Part shown: one piece after another, positions 35,881 to 45,272 of the stretch
Position numbering within the stretch: the first letter of the stretch is position 1
Layout: each line of letters begins with the position of its first letter
Notes under the pieces: model-generated
Databases searched by the model: none
What the model was told of the DNA's origin: nothing
What the model saw: the letters and a program-made list of their open reading frames with translations, nothing else
Position numbers and translations under genes: made by a program
Assembly: GCA_023205875.1 (NCBI GenBank)
Contig: CP060757.1
Span: 124,001-188,000 of the forward strand
Direction: 5' to 3'
Source of the DNA: Chloropicon primus
Taxonomy: Eukaryota
DNA: 64,000 nucleotides

Positions 35881-36709
35881 TCAGGTGCCCCACGGGAACC
35901 TTGAATCTGGGTTGTCGTCCCAGTCGTCCCAGTTGTCTGCCTGCACCTCCCCGTCGTCCACGATCCCGTCCGGCGAGAAGTAGCTCCTCTTGTCGGGCTT
36001 CACGCACTTGACAGGAACGCTGACAGAAAACTCCGTCCCGTCATCGCCCTTGTTGTTTATCGAGAGATTAATGTCCCTGTCGCCAAGCTCCACGTAGTCC
36101 TTCAGGGCGTTCACGATGGTCTGCTTCATGTCCTCCTGGACCTCCTCGGACAGGGAGTTCCTGTCCGCCACGAGAATCATCTTCAGGCGGCTCTTGGCCG
36201 CTTCCCTCGCCGGCATGTTCGACAGGTTCCTCTTCTTCTCCGGGAAGAATATGCGCCAGGCCTGGCCTATCTTCTTCAGAAGGCCCCTGTTCTGCGAATC
36301 CTGCGCCAGCACAAGGCAGACACGCACGAGGAGAAGAAAACCGTCAAAGAGTTAGAGTTAGCACACACAGACAGAAGCAAAGTTGCTGCAAGGAAGACTG
36401 CCCAGGACTCACCTCCTCCTCCTCGTCCTCCACGGGATCGTACGAAGGCGAAGACGACGCCACGCTACTCCGCAACCGCTGGTTGAGCCTCGAATCGTAG
36501 TCCTCTCCCTGCCCTCCCCTCGCTCTCGACCTCTCCTCTCTCCTCAGGTCGAACACCTCGTTGTTCAGGTCCGTCCCGCTCTCCCACCAGTTCCCCCCCG
36601 AACCCCTCCTCGACCCAGCAGCCACGCCTCCACCTCGCGGCCCTCTCCTCCCTCCCACCGCCACCGCCTTCGCGCTCCTCCCCCCCGATGCCAAACCTTT
36701 CATCGTCAT
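35881..36709 (-). CDS. MINE: Plastid division topological specificity factor MinE
   Basis: Exon 1 36709-36413 (transit peptide), exon 2 36300-35881. AWRIFFP, AKSRLKMILVADR, IVNALKDYVEL, VSVPVKCVK. Confidence 0.9.
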
Positions 36710-36751
36710 CCCTCCCTCCTCTCTCTCTCTCCTCTCGCCCTCTCGCCCTCT

Positions 36752-36823
36752 GTCAATGCCTCACCCCGGCGCCGTTTCCCTCAAGCGAGGGCTCTTTTGA
36801 ACGAGCTCGACGAGACGCTTCCC
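36752..36823 (-). promoter_or_regulatory. Copy of dispersed promoter-proximal element
   Basis: 60/72 identity to 23510-23581; lies about 40 bp upstream of the MinE ATG. Confidence 0.6.
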
Positions 36824-37537
36824 CTTACGCCGCCTCCCGGTGCTCTCTCTCCCTCCTCCGCCCGTCAGACGGTCTCACTTCCCCTCGTCTCTCCTTCTCT
36901 CTCCCCGCCGACTTATTTGAATGGATAAGGCCTTCGTCAAGAAAAAGGTCTCCGGAGGGAGGAGAGGGAGAGAGCGAGGGCTTCAGGGGAAGATTGCTGT
37001 GACATGACGAGATCGACGACGGACATAAAAGGCGTTAAACGATAGGTTGTCTCACGAGCTTTCCATTGGTACCTTGGTTGGATTGATTGGACCGGAATTG
37101 GGTCTTTGCTCGCCCCATTGGTTTGCTGAGGGCTGAGGGGGAGGAGGGATCGGTGGCAAGGGAGGGCGAATCAGTGGAGTTGTGACGGGAGAGGGGGAGA
37201 AGATCGCAAGCTGGGACGAAGAACTGTCTCTTTATCTTTCGTTAGAGCCATTGCTCGAAGGGAATGACGCTCTGGCGAGGAATTGTCAGATAGAGAGAGA
37301 CGGAGGCAGAAGGAGGCAGAAAGCGACGACGGAGAACCGAGAGGAGGTCACTGAGGTGGTGAGGGAGGAGAGGGCGAAGGAGAGGACACCAGGGTTGGCT
37401 TCAAAGTACGACTCTCGAGGCCTTTGGATTGGCACCAGCACTGCCTCGGTTCGACCCTCGTGAGGCAGAGGGGGAGCTTCAGAGAAGGGAGGAGCTGGGA
37501 GGGAACCGCCACCACCACACGCAGGATAGTCGTCACA

Positions 37538-38707
37538 ATGGGAGACAGCCGCTTCGATGCGAGGTGCCTGAGCAAGGCCTCCGTGGAGACGTACTTTAGC
37601 TACTACGCCAGCCTCCAGCACCAGCAGAACATGCTGCAGGACCACGTGAGGACCGGGTCGTACCACTCGGCGATCGTGGAGAACAGTAGGGCGTTCAAGG
37701 ACAAGGTGGTGGTCGACGTTGGCGCGGGGACTGGAATACTGTCCCTCTTTGCCGCCATGGCGGGGGCCAAGGCCGTTTTCGCGATCGAGGCGAGCGACAT
37801 GGCCCTGCAGGCGAGGAGACTGTGCGAGGCCAACGCCTCCAAGGGCGGAAGCCGGGTCCGCGTGGTGCAGTGCAAGGTGGAGGAGTTCCGCCTGCCCGAG
37901 GAGATTGGGAAGGCGGACGTGCTCATCAGCGAGCCCATGGGAACGCTCCTGGTGAACGAGAGAATGCTGGAGAGCTACGTTGCCGCGCGCGACCTCCTGC
38001 TCAAACCGGACGGGCTCATGTTCCCGAGCCACGGTTGCATCCACGTCTGCCCCTTCTACGATGAGCTCCTCCACCAGGAGATTGTCGCAAAGTCCCAATT
38101 TTGGCAGCAGAAGAACTATTTCGGACTGGACCTCTCCGTTCTCTCCGAGGACGCGAAGAGCGCCTACTTCTCGCAGCCGGTCGTGGATGCGATCTCCCCG
38201 AGTTCCCTGATGTCGTCGCCGGTGTCTTACCCAATCGACTTCACCAGCGTGTCCGAGGAGGCCTTGAAGGAGATTGTCATCCCCCTCTACTTCCAGAACT
38301 TCCAGTACCCAGTCGTGTCGCACGGCCTTGCCTGCTGGTTTGACGTCGAGTTCGGCTCCAGGGTCGGAGCGAGGCCGGCGGCAAGCGATGACGAGGACTC
38401 CTCCATGGAGCTGGGAACTTCTGGGAGGAACTCGAAGAACTTTTTTCTGACCACGGCTCCTGGCGAGCCCACCACGCACTGGTTCCAAATTCGCATGGTT
38501 CTCAGGGAGACCCTGAAGCTCATGCCTGGTCACCGCCTGGAGGGGCACTTGAAAATGAAAGCGCATTCGAGGCAAAGTTACGACGTCGAAGTCGAGCTCG
38601 CCGCCTTCACCGGCGAGGGACTCGAAGTGGGGGACCCGTGCACCGGCAAATTTGACTTGAAAGATCCCTATTACAGGCAGCTCGTTTCCTACCCCAACCA
38701 TGGATGA
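37538..38707 (+). CDS. PRMT4: Protein arginine methyltransferase PRMT4/CARM1-like
   Basis: YFSYY..QQNMLQDHVRT, VVDVGAGTGILS, ISEPMGTLLVNERMLESY, THW loop, FDLKDPYYR. Confidence 0.92.
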   Translation: MGDSRFDARCLSKASVETYFSYYASLQHQQNMLQDHVRTGSYHSAIVENSRAFKDKVVVDVGAGTGILSLFAAMAGAKAVFAIEASDMALQARRLCEANASKGGSRVRVVQCKVEEFRLPEEIGKADVLISEPMGTLLVNERMLESYVAARDLLLKPDGLMFPSHGCIHVCPFYDELLHQEIVAKSQFWQQKNYFGLDLSVLSEDAKSAYFSQPVVDAISPSSLMSSPVSYPIDFTSVSEEALKEIVIPLYFQNFQYPVVSHGLACWFDVEFGSRVGARPAASDDEDSSMELGTSGRNSKNFFLTTAPGEPTTHWFQIRMVLRETLKLMPGHRLEGHLKMKAHSRQSYDVEVELAAFTGEGLEVGDPCTGKFDLKDPYYRQLVSYPNHG

Positions 38708-38976
38708 ACATCGCGATTGTGTATTACATATTTAATCCAAGAGCTCCATTGCCTTGTCCCACCACCTCTCCCTGGGTGGCTCTTCCCACAAACACAAACA
38801 AACACAAACAAAAACAAACAAATGCAGGAAGAAACGGATCAAGCACGGGATGGAAGGAACCTCGTTGATTGTGAGGCAAGATCCTAAACCCGAAACCCCA
38901 ATGCTTTGCCCTCCCCTCCCTCTCTCTGTGTTCTCAGAATTCATCTCCTCCTGCAGCCGCAGAGATCGAGTCGAGG

Positions 38977-39014
<38 letters not shown>

Positions 39015-39040
39015 TTTGTGGTGTTGAAGGGGAAGGAAGG

Positions 39041-39658
39041 ATGGGACGAGGACCACGACGGGGAGGGAGGAAGAGGTTCACGGACTTCAAGACGCTTGAG
39101 GCGGAGGCGAAGGAGCTCAAGGAGCGGAAGGAGCGGGAGGCGAACGGTGAGGAGGTGACGAGTTCCGAGGAGGAAGGCGAGACGGAGAGCGAGAGCGAGG
39201 AAACCAGCAGCGAGGAGGAGAGAAGGAGCGGCGAGGCTGGGAAGAAGAAGGGCGTCGAGGGCCTCATTGAGGTGAACAATCCGAACTTCAAGCCGAAGAA
39301 GGCTGGGACGAAGGCAAGGGACGCCGACCTGAACTCGGCTCCCACCTTGACGAGGAGGGAAAGAGAAGCTCTGGAGGCTCAACGTTCGAAGGAGCGATAC
39401 TTCAAGTTGCAGAAGGAAGGCAAAACCGAGCAGGCGAGGAAAGACCTCGAGAGGCTGGCTCTTATCAGAAAGCAGAGGGAAGAGGCTGCAAAGAAAAGGT
39501 AAGAGAGACGGGCCGAATTGATGGAGTTGAGACCAATGCGAGGACCGGGCAACATAACTGACACAAGAGAACTCCCTCTCTCTCTCTCTCTCTCTTTTGT
39601 GTCCCTTAGAGCTGAGGAGAAGGCGAAGAAGGAGGCTGCGGGCTCCAAGAAGAAATGA
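39041..39658 (+). CDS. PDAP1: 28 kDa heat- and acid-stable phosphoprotein (PDAP1/HASP-like)
   Basis: Exons 39041-39498 and 39610-39658. KGVEGLIEVNNPN, LTRRERE, GKTEQARKDLERLALIRKQREEAA. Confidence 0.9.
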
Positions 39659-39729
39659 GGAAATAAAGAATATATTATGATTACTTTACAATAATAATCG
39701 CGAGAGCCACGCCCTCCCCTTCTTCACCA

Positions 39730-42700
39730 TCATGAGAAGAAGTACTTGGCCTCTCTGACGTCCTTCAGCTCCAGGCAACCGAGTTCGGGCACCGGAGGGA
39801 AGGAGAGCCCAGGATTGTCGTGCTGGAACTCCTTCAGGAGGTCCTCGAGCAGTGGCTGCTCGTGGAGAGAGATGAACTTCTCCCTCAGGATCTTGTTCAT
39901 GTCATCCACAGAGCTGGCGTGGGTCCAAAAAGAGTCGTGGACGCCGGCAAACGTGATGTTCTTGGAGTAGCACTCCGACGCGGTCATCAGAAGGTGGGTA
40001 GAGTCTATCGAATGCACGTAATTCGGAGGGAAAGCCGTTCTCTGCTTGAGAGAGCTGATCGGATCCGAATCGTTGCTCTTCTGCAAGATCAGCCTCTGGT
40101 TGGTGGTGATGACGACGAACTTGTTCTTCTGCCTGTACGGTTGAACGACGGGCAGGCCAAGGGGCGTCGTCCAAGACACTGGTTCTCCAGCCTTCGAGAT
40201 AATGCTCGCGCAATCTCCCAGCCAGCGCATCGTCTCCTTGGCGTTCTTGAAGGCCTTGTCAAGAGCGGCCATAGTCAGCTTCGCCGCAACGATCGACGTC
40301 TTGTATATCTTGTCCTTGTCGGTCCAGCCCCTCTCCTTGAGCCGCGAGGCGATCTGCTGCCTGGCACCCACGAAAGTCACGCCGTACACGCTAGTCATCA
40401 CGGTTTGCTTCACCAACTTTCTGTCCACTTCCCCCACGAGGTTCTTGGCCTCGCTGTAAAAGGGGCTGAACATGTCGTTGGCATGCTTCTCGACCTCCTC
40501 GGCGACCAAGTTTGCCACCCTGCTGTACACGTCGTACGGCGCGTCGCACGGCAGCAAGTTCACAGACCTTGCACCCTCTTCGTCCCTGCTCAGGGCCGCA
40601 TAATGCTGCAGGCCGTTGCAGGACCCATCCTGGTGGATCGGTATGCTCGAGGAGTAAGTCGCAGGGTTTCCCGAATCCAAGGCATCCGAAATCTCGAAAC
40701 AAGTCGCGAGGCACTGGTATGGATTCTCCGCGTCTGCCCACCAGCGGGATCCGTTCACCGGATTCCTTGCGGAGTCCAGTATCCCTTCGAGAGCATTTCT
40801 TCCGTAATCCTCTCGAGCGTCAAGGGACATCTTATTTGCCCCGCAAAGGTTCGCGATATGAATGAACATCCACCTCAGTCCCCCGTCGCCAATGGGCTTC
40901 GAGTCTGCAAAGGTCAGCAAAGACCTGCAGAAATCGCTGCCCAGGTGATTCAAGTAAGGGTGCATTGGGTACGCCCTGCCACGAAAGTCCATGTTGTGGG
41001 GGAAGTAAATTCGATCCTCGTCGATGAAGTCGTTTGCGGTCTTGAACTTGTACAGGAAGTCGCACTTTTGAGAGTAATTCTCCCTGTTCTCCCTGAGTAT
41101 CTTCTTGTTGTCCGCCAAGCGAACCGACTCCTCGTAGGAGGACTCCGACACGGTGCCGACAGTGAGGTTGTGCTTCGAGGATTTCGACATTCTGAAGCGT
41201 TCGCCGGGCCGAGACAACTCCTTCTGTTCCACTCTCTTTGGCAGGCCAGTGCCATCCCTGAGGTCGTCCATGCTGCCGTCCCAAACTTGTTCCACAACAT
41301 CGAACACCCTCTTGTTGATTCGCCACGGGGTCACCCCGAGGCTGTTCAAGGCGTCGTACACCTCGCCCATGCCCTTCCTTTTCCGCCCAACTGTGAAGGA
41401 AGTGCCCACGGCGCCCGAAGCCGCACTCCAGTCCTGGTCACCAACCAAGTGAGGCTCGTAGGCCCCGCTCTCGTCCTCCATGTTGTACTCGTACTCACCC
41501 AAGAGATCCTCCGAGTAAGGCAAAGCGGCGGCGGCTTCCATGCTGTTGAAAGCGTCATCCTCCGCCATGCCCATCCAAGAATCCGCTTCCTTCAGCTTCT
41601 CTCTCTGGAGCTTCGACCCACGGACCCTCATCACGAAGGTTTTGTGGGTCAAATACCCGCCACTGTAGCAGTGAGCCCAAGGCATGGGGGGAACCACCAT
41701 CGGCATGTACTTTGGATGAAGAACCGAGAACAGCTCCAGATGGTTCTCAATGACCTTCAACATCTCGTCCGAGCACACGAGGAACTGGGCCTGCTTCTTG
41801 ATGCTCACGTTCTCGGCCCCGCTCCAGTGCACATTCTTGCCCCTCCCGAGCCTCTCGAGCTTGAAGGCGGGATGCTCGCCCCTGGAAGAACCGTTTCCTA
41901 GGGACACCATCGCAGTCTCGGCAAGCAAATCGATCAGGAGCGAGCCAACTTTCACTTGGATGGTAGTATCCCACGTAGGCAAGAGCTCGCCATCAAAGAA
42001 AGTGTTGTTGCAGTGAGACAAGTACCTCACAATGCTATCCAGGCGCTTTGGCTTGTCAAACTTGAGCTGCCCAACAATGTTCTTCAGGTACTGCTCCAGC
42101 TCCTTGTTCCTCTCGAACTTCTTCTTTGCCTTTCTGCTCGACCTGGTCTCCTTCACGCCCTCGTACTCCTCATCAGTCTTCCTGATCTTGTTCCTAATTC
42201 GCTCCTTGGTGAGCTTGATGCCGACTTCCGTCTGAACGACCTTCCCCAGAAACTCTGCTATCTTGGCCTTCCTGACGCTGCACGGGAGGGTAGAGATGGA
42301 CTGGAAGTCCAGCAGCCGCCTGTGCTTCTGCAGCGTCCACGTCAGGGCCGCGTGTATCGTCAGCAAGCTGAGCTTCTCCGCATCAAGGATGCACAGGAAA
42401 GGCTCCGCGGTCTTCTTGTCCGTTCCGGGGTTCGCCTTTGACTTGCTGATGCTTTTCTGAGCTTCCCCAATCCTATTTGCCAGCGCTTCGTTCCAGGACA
42501 AGATTAAATTGCTCACGGGCCCCATCTGACCCGCCCGACCCTCCAGGCAGGCCTCGTTCCAGGCCTCCGTGTACTCCGTGGCCGCGTTCGCGCTCGCCAA
42601 GCTCTCGAGCTGGAGCTGCTGCTCGAGCTTCTCCCGGTTGGGCTGAATCTGCTCGTTGTAGAACTTCCTCCACCTGGACTCCTCAAAGTAGTCCGCCTTC

Positions 42701-43353
42701 TGGGCCACGGAGCTCGACAGGTGGCCCTTGTACGTGCCGTGCCTGGCCTCCCCCAAGGCCTCCCCACCCCCTACGCTATAAAACTCGTTTCCTATCTGAA
42801 CCTGCTCCACCGCCTGCCGGTCTCTGTACCACTCGAGAACATTCAAGAGCTCCGACTGGCTCTTGTTCTCCCTGTTGTGAAACCCTTCCAGGTGGTGGTA
42901 ACCGCCGCCCATCTCCAAGTCCTGCTGGCAAACACTCGTGTTGATGCTCTTCGACAACAAACTCGTTGTCTTCCCGTGAGACTGAATGAATGAAGCCATT
43001 TCATTTCCACAAAGAAGAAGAAGAAAGCAGGAGCAAGAACGAAACGAAAGAAAGAAAGAAACCAAAGCACGGTGTCAGTCAAAAACCAAAGCACGTTGCC
43101 GAGGACGAGACGCGGACAGAGAGAGAAAGAGAAAGAGAGAGAGAGATGCTTGAAGGTGTTTTTGTTGTCTGCAGCCACGGACCTTGTTTTTGGTTTCCGA
43201 GACGGTGTTCCCCGTGTTCGTCGTCTTCGTTCCAGCGTACGCCGTCATCCCTCTCCTCGTCTGTCCAGATATCGTCGCGAGTGCATTCGCATTCATCCTC
43301 GACAGAAGTTGTCCCTCTAACAGACCCGCGCAGGCCCTTCCTAGGGAGCTCAT
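39730..43353 (-). CDS. RPOT: Phage-type single-subunit organellar RNA polymerase (RpoT)
   Basis: Exon 1 43353-43183 (targeting peptide), exon 2 42981-39730. DFRGRAYP, HQDGSCNGLQHY, RKLVKQTVMTSVYG, FPPNYVHSID, VHDSFWTH, terminal YFFS. Confidence 0.95.
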
Positions 43354-43452
43354 CCTCGCTCCGCTCCGCCTCCTCTCCGCCGTCGGCCTCCGCTCCACGA
43401 GAAATTGACAAACGAATCTCTCGCTCTCTCTCCATCCAGCGATCGATCAGCG

Positions 43453-43762
43453 CGATCGATCAGCGCGATCGATCGATCGTGAGAGAGGGAGGGGGTACGC
43501 GACGATCGCGGGGGTTGGCAAGGGAGGGAACCGGACAGAACGAAGCTTTGTCTCTCGCTCTTTCTTTTGACCACTTGGTTGAGAGGAACGGAGTTCTTTT
43601 GAGGATCTTACGACGAAACTCACGAACCAGTAATCTCACGATCGATCGATCAGCGCGATCGATCGATCGTGAGAGAGGGAGGGGGTACGCGACGATCGCG
43701 GGGGTTGGCAAGGGAGGGAACCGGACAGAACGAAGCTTTGTCTCTCGCTCTTTCGTTTGACC
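43453..43762. repeat. 120-bp direct repeat pair (43453-43572 / 43643-43762)
   Basis: Copies offset by 190 bp with a single mismatch (43565 T / 43755 G). Confidence 0.92.
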
Positions 43763-43767
43763 TCTTG

Positions 43768-45220
43768 ATGCTGAAGAGGCTTGCGACGAATACCAAGGGA
43801 GGGTACAGATTGTGCGGGACGAGGGTCGGTGAGGTCGGAGGGTGCGCTGTACGGCTCGGGGCGCTGAGAGCCAGGGGAGGGGAGGCTTCCACAACTGGGA
43901 GGCAGGGGGTGAGGCGTCGTCGTCATCATCCGTCCACCCCTTGTGATCGACACGCGGCAGAAGCAGCACCCAAGGCGTCGTGGCTTTGCCACTACAGCAT
44001 GATGGGGAGCGATGGGAGACCTGCTGGGCAGCAGGTGGTCGTGCTCAAGCGCCTGGGAGTGCCGACGCTGAGGACGAAAGTCGTGGAAGAGGGCTTGGGG
44101 AGGTTGGGACTCTCGCCGAGGCCGTCACCGCCACCATCACCGTGGGAGGAGGAGGAGGACCCCTCGTCGTCGGTGCCTGCGGAACTGACTTGCGTGGGCG
44201 AGACCATAAGCGTTGTGGACGCCGAGGCCAGGGAAGGGGTGCCCCAGGCGCAACGACCGGCGTTTGACCTGGACGCATTTCAAAGGCACCTGCAGAGGTC
44301 ATCAACACCCGACGACCGCCGCGGCGAGGAGGAGGTGTGGACCCTGCTGAGCGCCAGACAGCTCGCGTCGACCCAGAAGATGCTGGAGGAGAACGCCAAG
44401 AACCTTCCGGACAGGACCATAGTCGTGGCCGACACGCAGACCGAGGGGAAGGGTCGGGCAGGGAACAAGTGGATCTCGCCGCCCGGGTGTCTGATGTGCA
44501 GCATATATTGCAACATTGCCATGGAGGGCCGCAAGCTTCCTTTGCTCCAGTACGCAACGACCCTCGCTGCGGTGCAGGCCCTCGAGATGCTGTGCGGGGA
44601 CTCTGGCAAGGGCCCGCCGGGTTCCACGAAGCCGTTCGCGTCCATAAAGTGGCCGAATGACGTCTACATCAACGGCACAAAGGTGGGCGGAGTTTTGTGC
44701 CAGACCGTGTACAAGGGGTCCGGGGCGTTTCAGCTCATCGCAGGGATCGGGATCAACGTGGACAACGCGGAGCCTACGTTTTGCATCAACCAGGCTCTCA
44801 GGGATCTGGACAGGGAGGAAATCGCGAAGGAGGAGCTCCTTGCCGAAATGATTCCCAGGCTCGTGCACGCCTATCGAGTGATAGCAAAGGACTCCTTCAG
44901 CCCCCTTCACGAGGAGTACTACAGATACTGGCTTCACTCGGGGCAAAAGCTGAAAGTGAAGGCGGACGCGAGCCTGAGAGATGGCGAGGGAGGCGAAGAC
45001 AAGGACGTCGTGGTCGTCGGGCTGTCAGAGGACGGCTTCCTTCTCGCGCAGGATGAAAAGAAGGTCTTGGTGGAGCTGTACCCGGACGGAAATAGGTAAG
45101 TCAAATCGATCGAGAGGTGAGAGAGAACAGGAGGAGCAAGCAAATTCTAACGGTCTCTCTTTTCCTACAAGTTTGGATCTTATGTCTGGGTTAGTATGCA
45201 AGAAGAAGACTCGGGCGTGA
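43768..45220 (+). CDS. HCS: Biotin-protein ligase (holocarboxylase synthetase)
   Basis: LASTQ, VADTQTEGKGRAGNKWISPPG, IKWPNDVY, KVGGVL, YWLHSGQ; intron 45096-45171 yields PDGNSLDLMSGLV. Confidence 0.92.
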
Positions 45221-45272
45221 GAGGGGGGAGGATAACAGACTTTATAATTCACGTCTTCCTGCCGCTCCGACC

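Noticed and set aside
39820..41901. Long antisense ORFs (also 49362-51209, 6843-8246, 37286-38701, 30887-32302, 26364-27803, 46404-48284)
   Set aside because: Shadow frames opposite real genes, expected from GC3-rich codon usage; no motifs.
39730..43353. T7-like RNA polymerase as a prophage or viral insert
   Set aside because: Standard nuclear-encoded organellar RpoT with a spliced targeting exon, among housekeeping genes.
45096..45171. Non-canonical introns
   Set aside because: All modelled introns are GT-AG. A few use AAG acceptors (45171, 58984), which is uncommon but canonical.
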